This document shows positions 1 to 12,660 of a DNA stretch of 64,000 nucleotides, piece after piece; within the stretch, counting starts at the first letter, position 1; each line of letters begins with the position of its first letter. Made by a program: the position numbers and the translations under genes. The stretch covers positions 9,672,001 through 9,736,000 of the forward strand of contig CM068757.1 in assembly GCA_035084275.1 (NCBI GenBank). Reading direction: 5' to 3'. The notes under the pieces are model-generated. The model was not told the origin of the DNA. It saw nothing but the letters and a program-made list of their open reading frames with translations, and ran no database searches. Source of the DNA: Hydrolagus colliei (taxonomy: Eukaryota).

Positions 1-523
1 CCTTGCGCCAGTTTCTTTACTCCACACGCCTGATAATAATCCCTCAAAAAAAATTGGTCAATTCAATCTACATCTGTTTGTGAGACACTCCTGTTTGCAA
101 TTGGCTTATCACCCACAAAATATACAGACAATTCACTAACAGTATATTCTGTGAAGTGCTTTGAGATGCCTGGAAGACGTGAAAAACCATGATATCAAAT
201 GCAAGGATTAATCAGACCTTAGATAAAGAAATACTACCTGGTGTCTGTCCTGAAATTGTCCTTTTCAATTTGTTGTCAGACTCCACAACTGTGAGGCGCT
301 CTGGGTTGCACTCCTTTGTGAAGTGCACTATACTATGAAAAGGCAAGCTGTTGTTGTTAAACCTATTTCCTCTTGTTCTACCAGCTGGATACATAACATT
401 TAGTTTTGGCTTTATTTTTTCAATCCCATTTGAAATGTTTTCTATATATTCCGCTCAGCGCAAGTTATTTTGACATCTCTCAAGACGGAAAAGACTTCAG
501 ATTGTCTCATCGTTGCTCCTAGC

Positions 524-1178
524 CATGGACAATAGAATTTTGCAGAAATATTTGCCCCAAATTGGGGGGTATTTCGGCTTATGATGCAAGGGAATTTGGC
601 AAATTTGTGAAAAATTGCAAGGATTTTTGCTATTGAGAGGTACATAGCAACAATGTACTGCCAAGCCATTTTGTTCACTTCATTGATTAAAAACTACAGA
701 TAAAGAAACAACAACAAAAACAATTTGCATTTATACAGTGCCCTTCACACTTGTTAGCATCCCTGAGTAATCCCAACGCAGGCTTGAATGGGGAAATGGG
801 CTTTGCTCATTCCCGAGGCCCCGCTGTTGTGACTGTGGGTGTCGCTCTCTCTCACCTGAGTGTGTGTCCCTCTGTGAGTATGCGTCTCAGCGTCTGTGTG
901 TGTCAGTGTGTGGTGGCGAGCCCCGAGAGGCAGGAGGTGGTGATCTCCTGGAGCCCCCACCCCCAAATCGAGTGGGTCACCCAGGCTTGTTAAAGGAAGC
1001 ATTTTTTTTGGCAGCAATTTAACATGTGTTATTTCTTAATGTTTCGTTTTCATCAATGAAATGTAATAATGTAGGTTGGCAGTAAAATATACCTCAATAG
1101 CACCAATCAATCCCCCGCAGCCCTGCAAATTTCCTCGCAATTTTGGGCAAATATTTGCACAATTTTCTATTGGCCTTG
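524..1178. mobile_element. Possible old MITE with imperfect terminal inverted repeats
   Basis: catggacaatagaattttgcagaaatatttgcccc (524) is an imperfect inverted repeat of gggcaaatatttgcacaattttctattggccttg (ending 1178). Confidence 0.35.
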
Positions 1179-2362
1179 ATTATGATAGGGTAAATAGTAA
1201 CATGTTATTTCCACTGGTTGGTGAACCAGTAACAAGATAACACAGGTTTAAGCTAACCACAAGAAGAATGCTGGAGATGTACACAATTAGGAGAGGTTTT
1301 TGACAGTTCAAATGGGAAGAAACATTTCCATGAGTTGGGGTGTCAAGTGACTAGGTAGTATAAGTGTCATAAGATGAGTGATAAGAGAGGTTAGGCAAAC
1401 ATTTGTCACTCCGAGGTGTTGGGGTGTGGAATAGACTGCCACGGAAGGTGGTAAGAGTCATAACAAGAGTAAAAAGCAGAGTCCATTGTGTTTCCAGATG
1501 TTAATATGGGAGGCTTGAAGGGGTTGGGAGAAAAAGAAAACGCAGTGGAATTCAATGAAAAACATGAGTTGAAAGCTAGAGAGAGACTTGATGGGCCAAA
1601 TGGCCACCTTCCGTAATGCAAATTGATACGATTCTGTGAATTGAAGGGGAGGGTAGAAAAAACGTTTCACCAACCAGCTGCTGTGATGTGGAACTCTCTG
1701 CCGTTATCCATTCTTGAGGCAGAGTCCGTAAATTCTTTCTGATGCGGGATTAGATGCAACAGCTTGTAATTATACAGCACCCCTTGAGCATGGTAGCCTC
1801 CCAGAGCGCTCAAAAAGAGGAAATTTGTGGGAGTGCAAAGGAAAGTGGCATTAGTTGTGTTCATGGTAAGTAAAGCAGCAGTGCATTTGATGGATGATCG
1901 ACCTGTTTCTTGCCTGTAACATTCTATCAGACATTTACACAACTTGATAAGGTGCTCTATCAAATGCAAAGATTATTATTTCACAATATTGTCTTCCAGT
2001 TTGCACTCATGAGCCAAATCATCTTTTGTTTGCCCTTCAATTCCCACTCTCCCACCATCATAATTATCATGTCCAAACGAAATATTCCTACAGTGTGTTA
2101 ACCACAAAGCTCAGTTAAAACACATTGATTAGCGTAATTGTAATTAACCTCTCTGCTTAAGCAAGCACTGTTACCACTTAAAATTTCTTAGATGAACTAG
2201 CAATAATTTCTAGGTCTGCAGTACCTCGGGATTTCTAAAGATGAGGTGCAATTCCTGGTTTCCCGTTGCTGAGGCTGGAGTAAGTATGTATGTTGTGGGG
2301 AGAAGATAAAAATGCTGCTCCAACGAAAATATTAATACAGAGCACTTTTGCGATCTCTACAG

Positions 2363-2812
2363 CTAAGCCAAAGGTTATCTTGTCTCCACATCACATCAAA
2401 ATCAACAATGGTTCAGAGGCCACTTTGACGTGTGATGTTAATGAATTTTACCCTGAGATGCTCAAGATCAGCTGGGTCAAGGTATCGCATGGTGCGGAGA
2501 TGCAAATTACAACAGGTATCTTGACACGAGATGTAGTTACCAACAAGGACAGCACGTTCAGTGTTTCCAGCAAGTTGACAATCAGACCAACCGTGGACGA
2601 CAATGGTAATCAGTACAGGTGTGTGGTGCAGCACAGAACATTCAGTGATACTCTTACACTGGAGACAGAGCTGACTGTGGTGATTGAGAATCCACAGGAA
2701 CCTGCAGGATATGGACCTGGAGCTGTTATTGGAGGTGTAATCGGTGTTGTCCTGATGGTGATTGTGGTCTTTGTTTTAGCGGCACTTTACTTTTGGAAGA
2801 AAACGAAGCAAG
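2363..2812 (+). CDS. ncr3lg1-like: Copy A exon: extracellular Ig C1 domain + stalk + transmembrane helix + KKTKQ
   Basis: ctctacag|CT acceptor and CAAG|gtaag donor, 450 bp. LTCDVNEFYP, ISW, YRCVVQH give the canonical C1 Cys-Trp-Cys; TM is GAVIGGVIGVVLMVIVVFVLAALYFW. Confidence 0.9.
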
Positions 2813-3235
2813 GTAAGGATCTTCACAGCCCTAAACAACAACGGCAGACGTGGGGGTGATTTATTATACACTAAATGGTCTTGTGCACATTTTCTATTAA
2901 TAGAGAACAGTCAGCTGACACTTGATCAACTGAAATAGATATTATCCTAATGACAGGCAAAAAGTTTATGTCGAGGCCTCTGCTCTCTGGGACATTTACC
3001 TGAATCTTTTCTAAAGACTTACCTGCTTGATCGTGCTTTTGATCACGAGCAGCATTCCCTGCTTCCTCTTGCCACCTCACTCAGTGATCCACACTGTAAA
3101 GTACTTGTAAGGTACTTTGAGATGACATCAAAAGATACTGCATTAGGGCAAATTGTTGTTATAACTGTGGTGATCATTACCCAGGTTTCTTGAGAGAATT
3201 AGAATATTTGATGTTACTTTTTGTATGTTCCACAG

Positions 3236-3655
3236 CTCCTCCCAAGATCAATGAAATCAACAAACCCACTCGCTTTATACATGGGCAGCGTGTCGATCTG
3301 AGATGGGAAGTGACTGGTTTCAAACCAAAAGAGATAGAGATCATGATATTACTGACGAGGAAAGGAAAACAGCCACTGGAGCTATTTGTCTGGAAATTCA
3401 CAAAGAATAAAAATGAAGGTCAGGTTGAAGAAGGTTTTCATCTCCTGAAAACAAAAAATGGATCTGACGGGGATAATTCGTTCTCTGCTGACACCCCACA
3501 ATGTGATCAGCTCGAAAAAGGGACCTTCAGGGTAAGGTGTCACTTATGGTTCTGTCCTGATGTATCTGAGGACGATGGAGCTCAAATAACAATGCAAGTT
3601 CATCACAAGGCTCTGAAACAGCCTCTCAAAAAATCTGTAACATTAGATGTTGAAG
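3236..3655 (+). CDS. Copy A post-TM Ig C1-like domain D1
   Basis: ccacag| to GAAG|gtaag, 420 bp, phase 1/1. APPKI..LRWEVTGFKP..GTFRVRC..GAQITMQVHH. Confidence 0.85.
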
Positions 3656-4984
3656 GTAAGATTTGCATTGTGCACCTCCCTACCTCCACCTAACCACACC
3701 CACATGTCAATGTGCAAACAATGGCAAGAAATAAAAACATGGAAATCCGGGGTATTGATCCTTTCTAATAATAAAAAAAAAAAATTTGGTCACTCAATCC
3801 AGAATGACAGTGTGAAATTGGCTGCCGGGTTACGCCCATAAAATATGCACTCAATACACTTTACAGTGTATTCTGTTGAGTGCTTTGAGACGTCTCAACA
3901 GTGGGATAAGGCACGATATCAAACACAATAATTATTATTATAATTAGAGGAAACAAGGTTATTCACCCCATCGAGCCTATACTGGTGGTCACTCATCCAC
4001 TGGAGCTATCTCCCTGTATCCCAATTTTCTACTCTTCCCGCTTACCCAATGATGAGCTGCTTCAAAACCACTGCAACATTGTTGAGCTCCAAGAGTTACC
4101 TTATGCCCAGTAACCCTGTGTGGTCAGTTGACAGATTGACTCAGTTGGTGACGCTCTCTCCTGTGGGACAGAAGGTCGTCAGTATTTCAATTGGCATCTG
4201 AAAACCTGCCCTTCACCTCTGGCTATATAGAAGCTACCATAATCTCTGTCACTCTTACTGTGTGTCACTCTCTCTTTCGTTCCCTCTCAGCTTCGGAGAG
4301 AGAAGAGAATAGATTGAGAGGAGAAACAAAAGGGGAGAGAGAAGAGAGAGAGACAGGGAGGGAGAAAGAAGAACACATAAAAACACGGACAGTTTGTGTT
4401 CATACAACGTTTATATGAACATGGAAGTTCTCAGACAATAATAGCCTTGCACATGACATATCACCTGATCATGCCTTTGAGACTTCACAGAATAAACTGT
4501 AAACAGAGGAATGTGGAGTAAGGAAACTTGCACAATATTTCGCCTGCTGGAAATCGTACCCAGGTCTCTCGCTTATGAGCTACAGGACTCCACAGAATAT
4601 ACTGTAAAGCAGATTGATTGTGTAATTTGTGTGCGACGAGCAGCAGCCAATTGTGCACAGCAGTGTCACACAAATAGTCATGGATTAAGTGACCAATTTA
4701 TTATTTTAAAATATTTTTGAAGCAATTATTATCCCTGAAGTACAATCTGAGAATCTACTAATAACCAGGTTCCTACATACAGATGGGTAAACAGAGGCGT
4801 GTGGATCAAGATAATTTAAGGCCCACCATTTCCAGGAATCAAACGAAACCTGAGGTTGAAGTGCGAACGGAATCCAGGGGATCAATGTGAGACCCCAGTG
4901 TGAGCCCCTAGATTGATTTTATGATTTGTAACTGGACACAGTGTGGCCCGTTGTAGAATTACAGCATAATGTTAATAATGTTTG

Positions 4985-5275
4985 TGGAGTCCTGTAGCTC
5001 AGTGGTTAGAGCACTCGCCTTACAAGCGAGGGACTTGTGTTCAGTTCAAGCATGGTGAAACCTTGGGCAAGTTTCCTTGCTCCACATGCCTGATAATAAT
5101 CCCTCAAAAAAAAATTGGTCATTTTAATCCACAATTATTTGTGGGGCACTGCTGTGCGCAATTGGCTGCCACAATTCACCCACAGTTAATTCACTTTACA
5201 GTATATTATGTGCAGTGCTTTGAGATGTCTTGAAGACGTGAGAAGCGCTATATAAAACACAAGGATTATTATTAA
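4985..5275 (+). mobile_element. tRNA-derived SINE, second family; other copies at 1-210, 4485-4690(-), 47631-47830(-), 48117-48410
   Basis: A-box-like gtagctcagtggttagagc, degraded B box, body shared with other copies, tail gcgctatataaa..attattatt. Confidence 0.7.
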
Positions 5276-5298
5276 TAACATGCTACTTGTGTTTACAG

Positions 5299-5706
5299 CT
5301 CCTCCCACGATGATTGAAATCAACATACCCTCTGGTATTGTGCACGGTGTCAATGTGCCTCTGACATGGGAGGTTAATGGCTTCAACCCACGGGCCATTG
5401 TAATTGCTGTATTGGTGAAGAGGAAAGTGGATCAGGAAGCAAAGCAACTGTTTGATTGGCAGATCCCAGAGAAAGAAAAGCAGCCAATCCCACATGATAT
5501 TAACCCCAGCATTGCTACACAAGTTAACTCCTTCACTGCTGAGGTGGCGACGATTGAAAAGACAGATAAAGGGACTTTCAGTGTGAAGTGCAGCGTTGCC
5601 ATGTGTGCTGATGTAATCAGGGATAATGATGCTGAATTCACTGTTGAAGTTAAACATCAGGCTGTGGATAATCCTCTCACTAAAGCTATAACATTATGTG
5701 TCGCAG
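5299..5706 (+). CDS. Copy A post-TM Ig C1-like domain D2
   Basis: tttacag| to GCAG|gtaaat, 408 bp. LTWEVNGFNP..TFSVKC..DAEFTVEVKH. Confidence 0.85.
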
Positions 5707-6589
5707 GTAAATTCTACCTCTGTATTTTCTCTCTCTCTCTGGTGCTAATATGTGTGTTGAAGTGCAGCATGCTGCTGTGTGTGTCCCTCTATGCTACAAT
5801 AGTTATTTTTGTTTGTGACAGTGACGTTCTATCACATAGACATCTGTGCCGACAGCCACCCCCCTTCCCCTCTCTATCCAGGCTCAGTGGATGACTCTGT
5901 CACTTTAAATCGCTCAAACACATTAGCTGAAGTGAACAATGCCATACTAATGCATGTTATTGCTGTTGTGTTTGGGGGCAGCTCTGTTGCAGGTTGATGG
6001 GGAGGTGATGGGCTCTGTGGTAACAGTCCAGCCCAACATCAGCCTGAAATCTCATCTGTTTTCTTGAGAAACTTAAACAAATCGATTTTGAGATCCTCAG
6101 ACTTGCCTACAATTCACTTCTTGCTCTCACACCTCGCTACCTCTCCAATCTGCAAACACCCACTTCTCAACCCACTCCGTTCGCTTGCTCAAACCTTTGG
6201 CATCTTCCTTGACCTGTCCACGAAACTATCGGCAGCCAGGCATTCAACAACGATACCCTGAACCTCTGAAACTCCCTTCCCCAAACTCCAGCTCGCCCTC
6301 CATCTCCATCAATCATTGGATCACAGCTGAAGGTTCTACTCTCTGACCATGTCTACCATCACCTCCCCTCTCTCCCCAGCTCAGTATTAAACTACAATAT
6401 TGCGAAGCTAATCAAGACGTTACCCTGCATGAAAGTTGCTATGTTAAATGGAAGTTGCTATTGTTGAAAGAGTGTGTAACTCTGTCTGAAGCCTTGCTGC
6501 AGATTCTCATTGTAAATTGTGTGTGAGGCTGTGTGGTGTGTCCTGTAACTGGATTTAATCTTTACATGATATTTGTGTTTGTGTTATAG

Positions 6590-7003
6590 CTCCTCCCATA
6601 ATTACTGAATGGCCGGCAACCCCTGATATGACACATGGTGACACCTCCACTCTGAGTTGGTCAGTGACACGGTTCAATCCACGTCCCATTGTAATTGCTG
6701 TATTACTGAAGAGAAAAGGGGAGTCAAGATCACAGAAGCTGTGTTATTGGCAGATGGAGAAAGAACAACCAGCAGGAAATCAACCAGTAAACATTCCTGT
6801 TAGCCATGACACAAAGGATGACTCCATCAATCCAGAGATGGCAACGATTTTACAGGGAACAAATGGGACTTTCAGTATGAAATGCAGTGTTACCATAAAT
6901 GCTGATGTATCCAGGGATGATGGCGCTGAGTTCACTGTTGAAGTTCAACATGAGGCTCTGGAGAATCCTCTCACTGAATCTGTAACATTACGCGTTAAAG
7001 GGG
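6590..7003 (+). CDS. Copy A post-TM Ig C1-like domain D3
   Basis: gttatag| to GGGG|gtaagt, 414 bp. LSWSVTRFNP..TFSMKC..GAEFTVEVQH. Confidence 0.85.
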
Positions 7004-7974
7004 GTAAGTGCTGCCTCTGTCTGTTCTCTTCTCTCTCTCCCTCACACATCAGTGTAGAAATATTCAGGTGAAGGTGATGATTTTACAAACAGAGGAGTTT
7101 GAAATGATCTGTTAATCTCCAGAGTGAGTTTTGCGGCTGTGTGTGAAGAGAGGCCACATTATTCAGGGCTCCACAGTCACATGGTCAAAATTATTTTGTA
7201 CACAATAAATAATCTGGTGATTTCTGACAAATTTGTAACGTTAAAATATAAAATCGAATGTGTATATATGCACTCATATGGGTGTCAGCTCCGAGCATGA
7301 AGCACTCTAACCTCTCGTCCATAAGGTTGTGGGTTCACATCACATCAGGATCTGAACCTACAGTCTAGTAGGGACTTGTAATGAGGAAATTAAATGATAA
7401 TATCTTAAAGAATTTGATTGTTGACAATGGTTTCAATTTCAAATAATAATTCCCTTTATTACCATCTAGGATGACACTGCAGTGTGTGCTGGGGGGGCTC
7501 TGTAATGCTGGAGTCTGTTATTTCAGATGTTAAACCATGATCTCATCTGGGTGTTCAGCTAAATGGCCGGCAACCCCTGATAAGACACACTTCAGCACTA
7601 AAACAATTTCTCCAGTGTTGTGTCCTTCATCTCTTGCTCTATGTGTATGTCTAGCTCTCTCTCTGTCTCCCTTTCCCCCTTTCTCTCTTCCTTTCTCTTG
7701 TAATCAGTCGGGATAAAATGTAGAATTTGAAATTATTTATTTGTCAAAAGGCCAGTGTGCACCCTGTCTGGGGGCAGCTCTTGCAGGTTACTGGAGGCTT
7801 AGACAGGCTGAGTGCTTATGATGGAGTTTAACATCACTCTACAGCTCCAGCCTGGTGTCCTCTGTCATGACTTGCAGGCTTTTCACTCGTTTCTGTGGAT
7901 TCAGTTTCCAATTTGTATCTGACACAGACATGGACTTGAATGTTTTTATGTGGATTTGTCATTTTGTTTTGTAG

Positions 7975-8397
7975 TTCCTCCTAAAATTACATTTCCAAAT
8001 CAAAAGAAAATGAAACATGGTAAGAATGCTGAGCTGCAATGGACAGTGACTGGGTTCACTCCTGGGAAGATCTCGATTGTTTCCAGTCTTCGAAGGAAAG
8101 GAGAGGAAGTAAGACAACTGTTTCACTGGGAAATTCCAAATAAGGAAGCATTTCAAAGGAAGAGAATCCCCTGGAATCTTGAGGACAAATCAGAGAGATC
8201 CAACAATGTTGCCTCCTTCACTGCAGTGGTGCCTAAATGTGAACACGACACCAAAGAAGGAACCTTCAGAGTAAATTGCAAAATCAACATGACTCCTGAT
8301 GTGTCCACGGATGATGGAGCTGAATTAATTGTTCAGGTTCAGCATGAGGAATTTCCTGAGTTTGTCACTGACAGTTTAAAAATAAACATTGCTGGAG
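7975..8397 (+). CDS. Copy A post-TM Ig C1-like domain D4
   Basis: ttttgtag| to GGAG|gtagg, 423 bp. LQWTVTGFTP..PKCEH..TFRVNC..GAELIVQVQH. Confidence 0.85.
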
Positions 8398-9741
8398 GTA
8401 GGTTCTGCCGTCAATATTGTGTCCTCTCTGTCCCATATGCTCTGTGGCAGTGTTTAGAATAAAGTAACAGTTTCCTCCACAATGGTTCAGCAACTGAGAT
8501 CACCACTCAGTGAAACCCAGAGCCTCTCAGTCCAGAAGGTGGCAGGATATGGCATCTGAGAAATCTCGTCATAGTGCTTAAGATTATCCAAACCAGAGAG
8601 TTCATATGTGCCATCTACATGTGGAAATTTCCCTTTTTCCAGAATGGAATGCTCACAGTAGTAAACAAACGTGGATCAAGAACTTGACTAATAGGACTAC
8701 CTCAGGATTGATTTTACTCCGATATTGTCAAGTGCGTTATTGTTCAAACAGAGAGTGAGTTTGTCCCAGTGTCCTGGCCAACGATCCCCATTATAAAATC
8801 TGTCACTTAATTCATCGCTATTTACAAAATGTATGCATCCTGTTTACCTGTTACCAGAGAGCATCAGCTGCACGTTGGCAAGATACAAAGCTTGGAGGTC
8901 ACAGAGTATGTGCTGGAATACTGTGGGAATTTAAGAAGGGAAATGCGCATAGTTTGCTATTTCTAGTTAGGACCACACCACCTGTTAAGGCTTTGGTTTG
9001 CAGGGTTAACAAGACCTGAATAGGTAGAATCCCTGCTCTCAGTGACTGGTCTTGCTGTCCCAGGCCTGCTGATGAGCCAGGCCGACTGGTTTATAATGCT
9101 GTGTACAAGTTGGCTGACACATTTGACTTCAAGTACAGAGCCAGTGAACTTCACACACAAATTTTGTGATGCGCTCTGAGACGTCTCAGTGATGTGATAA
9201 GGTGTTATATCAGTTGCAAGAATTATAAGGATTATTAGAATGTTGTAGCCATCTTATCTCAGAGGAGATACTGCACACCTCTGTTCCCCCTCCCCCCAGG
9301 TGGGCTGAGTTGAGCTGAGGCAGTAGCTGTGCAGCTCTGTTTGGTCTCTGTGGGTGAATTGTCTGCCCACATTGATAGTCTGGGCTGAGACATGAGAAAC
9401 CCTGGTAATTAATAGAGAAAATAATCCAAGCTCACCTCCTGATCAGCACCTTGGATACCTCTCACCTTCACAATATCGGACAGGTCAGATCTCTGCAGCT
9501 GGGAAGTACACACACCACACAGAGGGTTTACAGGCTGAGTAACATTATTACAGAGTGTATGTTATACAGGACTCATTTACAGTTTGGTTCCACTGGGTGC
9601 TGTGTTCATGAGTCCGTCCGGCACAGTTGGCAGTGCTCTTGTCTCTGTGTCAGAAGGTATTGAGTTCAAGCCCCACATTGACACACTGGCTGTCACTCCA
9701 GTGCAGTGCTGCAATGCTTATATTGTGTTTCTGTTTGATAG

Positions 9742-10173
9742 CTCCTCCTCAAATTTGTGGACCTTATCCACCCGGGAAAAGTCTGCATGCTGTGAAAGAC
9801 ACAGTGACATGTGTAGTTATTGGTTTCACTCCTGGGAAAATGACCATAATTTTCAGCCTGAAGAGGAACGGGCAGCAACAGCAAATACAACGACTGTTTC
9901 ACTGGGAAATTCCCAACAAGGAAATATTTCAAGAGTCGATAGGAGGAGCTTTTCCTCTGCAGGACCGATCGGATAGAGACAATAAAGATGCGTCCTTCAC
10001 TGCTTTGGTGCCAAAGTGTGAACCTCTTGGCGATGGGACTTTCAGAGTAATTTGCATCATTGATATGATTCCTGATATTGATATGGATAATGGAGCTGAA
10101 TTATCTGTTGAGGTTCATCATGATGTTATTGTTGGCTCTCTCACTAATACTGCAATATTACTCATTACTCCAG
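9742..10173 (+). CDS. Copy A post-TM Ig C1-like domain D5
   Basis: tttgatag| to CCAG|gtagg, 432 bp. VTCVVIGFTP keeps the B-strand Cys; F strand GAELSVEVHH has no Cys. Confidence 0.85.
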
Positions 10174-10394
10174 GTAGGTTCCTCGATCATTGTTGTGTCT
10201 CTCTGTCTCTGTGACAATGTTTAGGACATTGTAATGATTTGCTCCCCGATGGCCCAGCAGCTGAGGTCATTGCTCAGTACAGGGTTGAGTCGAGTCTCTC
10301 AGGCCAGAAGCTCTGAGATTCGAGTTCTGGTCTGGGAGCTGATCTGAGCTGACCTGGGCCAGTAGCTGTGCTGGTCTGTTTGTATGTCAGCCTG

Positions 10395-10790
10395 GAGGTT
10401 TGGTAGCACTTTTGCCTCTGACTCAGAAGGTTGTGAGTTTAAGCCCCACGTCAGGACTTGGAATCACATCGTCTAAGCTGACACTCACTCCAACGCAGTG
10501 CTGGATGTCTGTGCATTATCGGTGGTGCCGTCCGTTAAATGAGATGTTAAACTGACGTTCTACCCGCTAGTTCAGGTAGACATTGTAGATCCCATAGCGC
10601 TATTCAAAAAGAAAAGGGAAGTTTCTTCAATCCCACAACTAACATAGGTCACTCATCCCATGGTTGTTTCTGGGACATTACAGTATGCAAACTGGTTGCT
10701 GTGTTCGCCAACAAAATATGCAGTGAATCCACTTCACAGTATAACCTGTGTAGCACTTTGAGACATAATAAGGTCTATTTCAAATGATAG
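10395..10790 (+). mobile_element. Near full-length tRNA-derived Deu-domain SINE (SacSINE1-like); paralog at about 53872-54290
   Basis: ggtagcacttttgcctctgactcagaaggttgtgagtttaagcccc head, ggtgccgtc..gagatgttaaac core, L2-type tail. Confidence 0.7.
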
Positions 10791-10920
10791 GATATTAGAG
10801 AATATAATCAAAGCTCACGATCACCACAGTGGATATCTCTCACCTCAGATGTATCAGGTCTCAGATGAGATCTCTGCAACTGGGAAGCAACAGCCTTAAT
10901 GCAGTGTGCACAGTATGCAG

Positions 10921-11070
10921 AGGATAAGACCATAAGATTTAGGAGCAGCAGTAGGCCATTAGGCCTCTCGAGCCTGCCACGCCATTCAATAAGATCATGG
11001 CTGATGTTCTAATCTAACTCCACCTGCCCACCTTATCCCTTAAAACCTTTATTCATAAGAAATCTATCAG
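10921..11070 (-). mobile_element. CR1 3'-UTR fragment
   Basis: cataagatttaggagcagcagtaggccatt..aagatcatggctgat, a typical CR1 3' end in reverse. Confidence 0.5.
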
Positions 11071-11347
11071 GATGTAAGTACTCGGTGTACATTTTACAGG
11101 ATGTTGTAGTTTTTTCTGGGGCAGCTCTATTGCAGGTTGATGGAGAGATGTTGGTGCTCTGTGGTCATGGTGCAGCTTAACACCAGGCTACAGCATTGTC
11201 TGCTGTCCTCAGGAATAATGCGCACATCTGTCTGAAGGTTTGCAGCAGATTTGGATTGTAAATATTGTGTGAAGCAATGCGTGGGTGGTGCAGTGTGTCC
11301 TGTAACTGGAATATAATCTACATTTGCTGCTTGTGTTTGTTTTATAG

Positions 11348-11758
11348 CTTCTCCCACAATTACTAAAATCCAGGTCCCCCCGAATATTAAGCACGGTGCC
11401 ACCTACACTCTGAATTGGTCAGTGACTGGGTTCCATCCATGGGCCATTGTAATTGGTGTAAAACTGAAGAGAGGAGGGGAGACGAAAGAAAAGAAGCTGT
11501 TCAAGTGGAAGACGACAGAGAAAATTCCACCACCTGGAGTGATGCCAGTAAGGATCCCTATTGAATCCCAATCAAAGGATGATCTCATCACTTCTGAGGA
11601 GGCGATGATTATACAGGAGAAAACTGGCAATTTCAGAGTGAACTGCAGTGTTACCATGGTTCCTGATCTATCCAGCGATGATGGCGCTGAGTTCATTGTT
11701 GAAGTTAAACATCAGAACAAAGCGCTCACCGAAAAAGTAACATTACACGTTAAAGGCG
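11348..11758 (+). CDS. Copy A post-TM Ig C1-like domain D6
   Basis: tttatag| to GGCG|gtaagt, 411 bp. LNWSVTGFHP..NFRVNC..GAEFIVEVKH. Confidence 0.85.
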
Positions 11759-12017
11759 GTAAGTGCTGACACTGTCTGGTCTCCACACTCTCTCCCTTGC
11801 ACATCACTGTAGAAATGTTCTGCTGAATGCAATGACTTTAACAACGAGAAGAGTTTGAAATGATCTGTAACTCTCGAGTGAACATTGAGGCTGTGTGTGA
11901 CGAGAGGGCTTGATTCTATTCATTTATTATTAATCCATGACTGTTTGTGGGACACTGCCATACGCAATTGGCTGCTGCCTTTTGCCCACAAATATACAGT
12001 GAATTCACTTTGCAGTA

Positions 12018-12660
12018 CCGTATATCTCCGCATATAAGGCGCACTTTTTTTCAGGTCGGAAGATCTCGAAAGTGGGGGGTGCGCCCTATACACAGGTACA
12101 AGCAATTTTGAGCCTCGGAGATACAGTAAACAGGAGGGGCGGCCGGCGCGCTGTCAGCCGGGGTTTGGTCAGTGTCCGGCGGGGGTTGGGAGGAGCGGGT
12201 GACGGGGCTTCGGCCTCGGCCGCCCGGGCAGCGGCAGCAGCAGCGGACTTCAGTGCTGTGCATACCTTCTGCCGAACCCAGTCTGCCTCACTCCCTGCCG
12301 CTCTCCCCCTCTCTCTCTCCCGGGCTGCCGGCCTGCCGCTCTCCCCCCCCTCGCTCTCCTGGGCTGATGGCCTGCCTCTCTCCCCCCCTCTCTCTCCCGG
12401 GCTGCCGGCTGCCTCTCTCTCTCTCTCTCTCCCTCTCTCTCTCTCTCCCGGGCTGCCGGCCTGCCTCTCCCTCTCTCTCTCCCGGGCTGACGGCCTGCCT
12501 CTCTCCCTCTCTCCCTCCCTGGCTACCTGGCTGCCTGCCTCTCTCTCTCTCTCTCTCCCTACCTCCCTTCTGCCGACAATATCATTGAAAATGTTTCCGT
12601 TTTTTTTCACCAAGAAAAGGTCAAAAACGAGGGGTGCGCCTTATACGCGGAGATATATGG
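12018..12660. mobile_element. Tc2/pogo-like MITE inserted in a SINE
   Basis: 27-bp TIRs CCGTATATCTCCGC(A/G)TATAAGGCGCAC with TA duplicated at 12016 and 12661. Interrupts the SINE tail ttcactttgcagta|cattctgtg. Confidence 0.85.

Noticed and set aside
751-1017. Overlapping short ORFs with a hydrophobic stretch
   Set aside because: GT/CT-rich low-complexity sequence inside a probable repeat; no splice context and no counterpart in copy B.
4985-5060. tRNA gene (CTCGC/GCGAG stem with a TAC anticodon loop)
   Set aside because: No acceptor stem, degraded T arm, and it continues into a SINE body with several diverged copies in the window.
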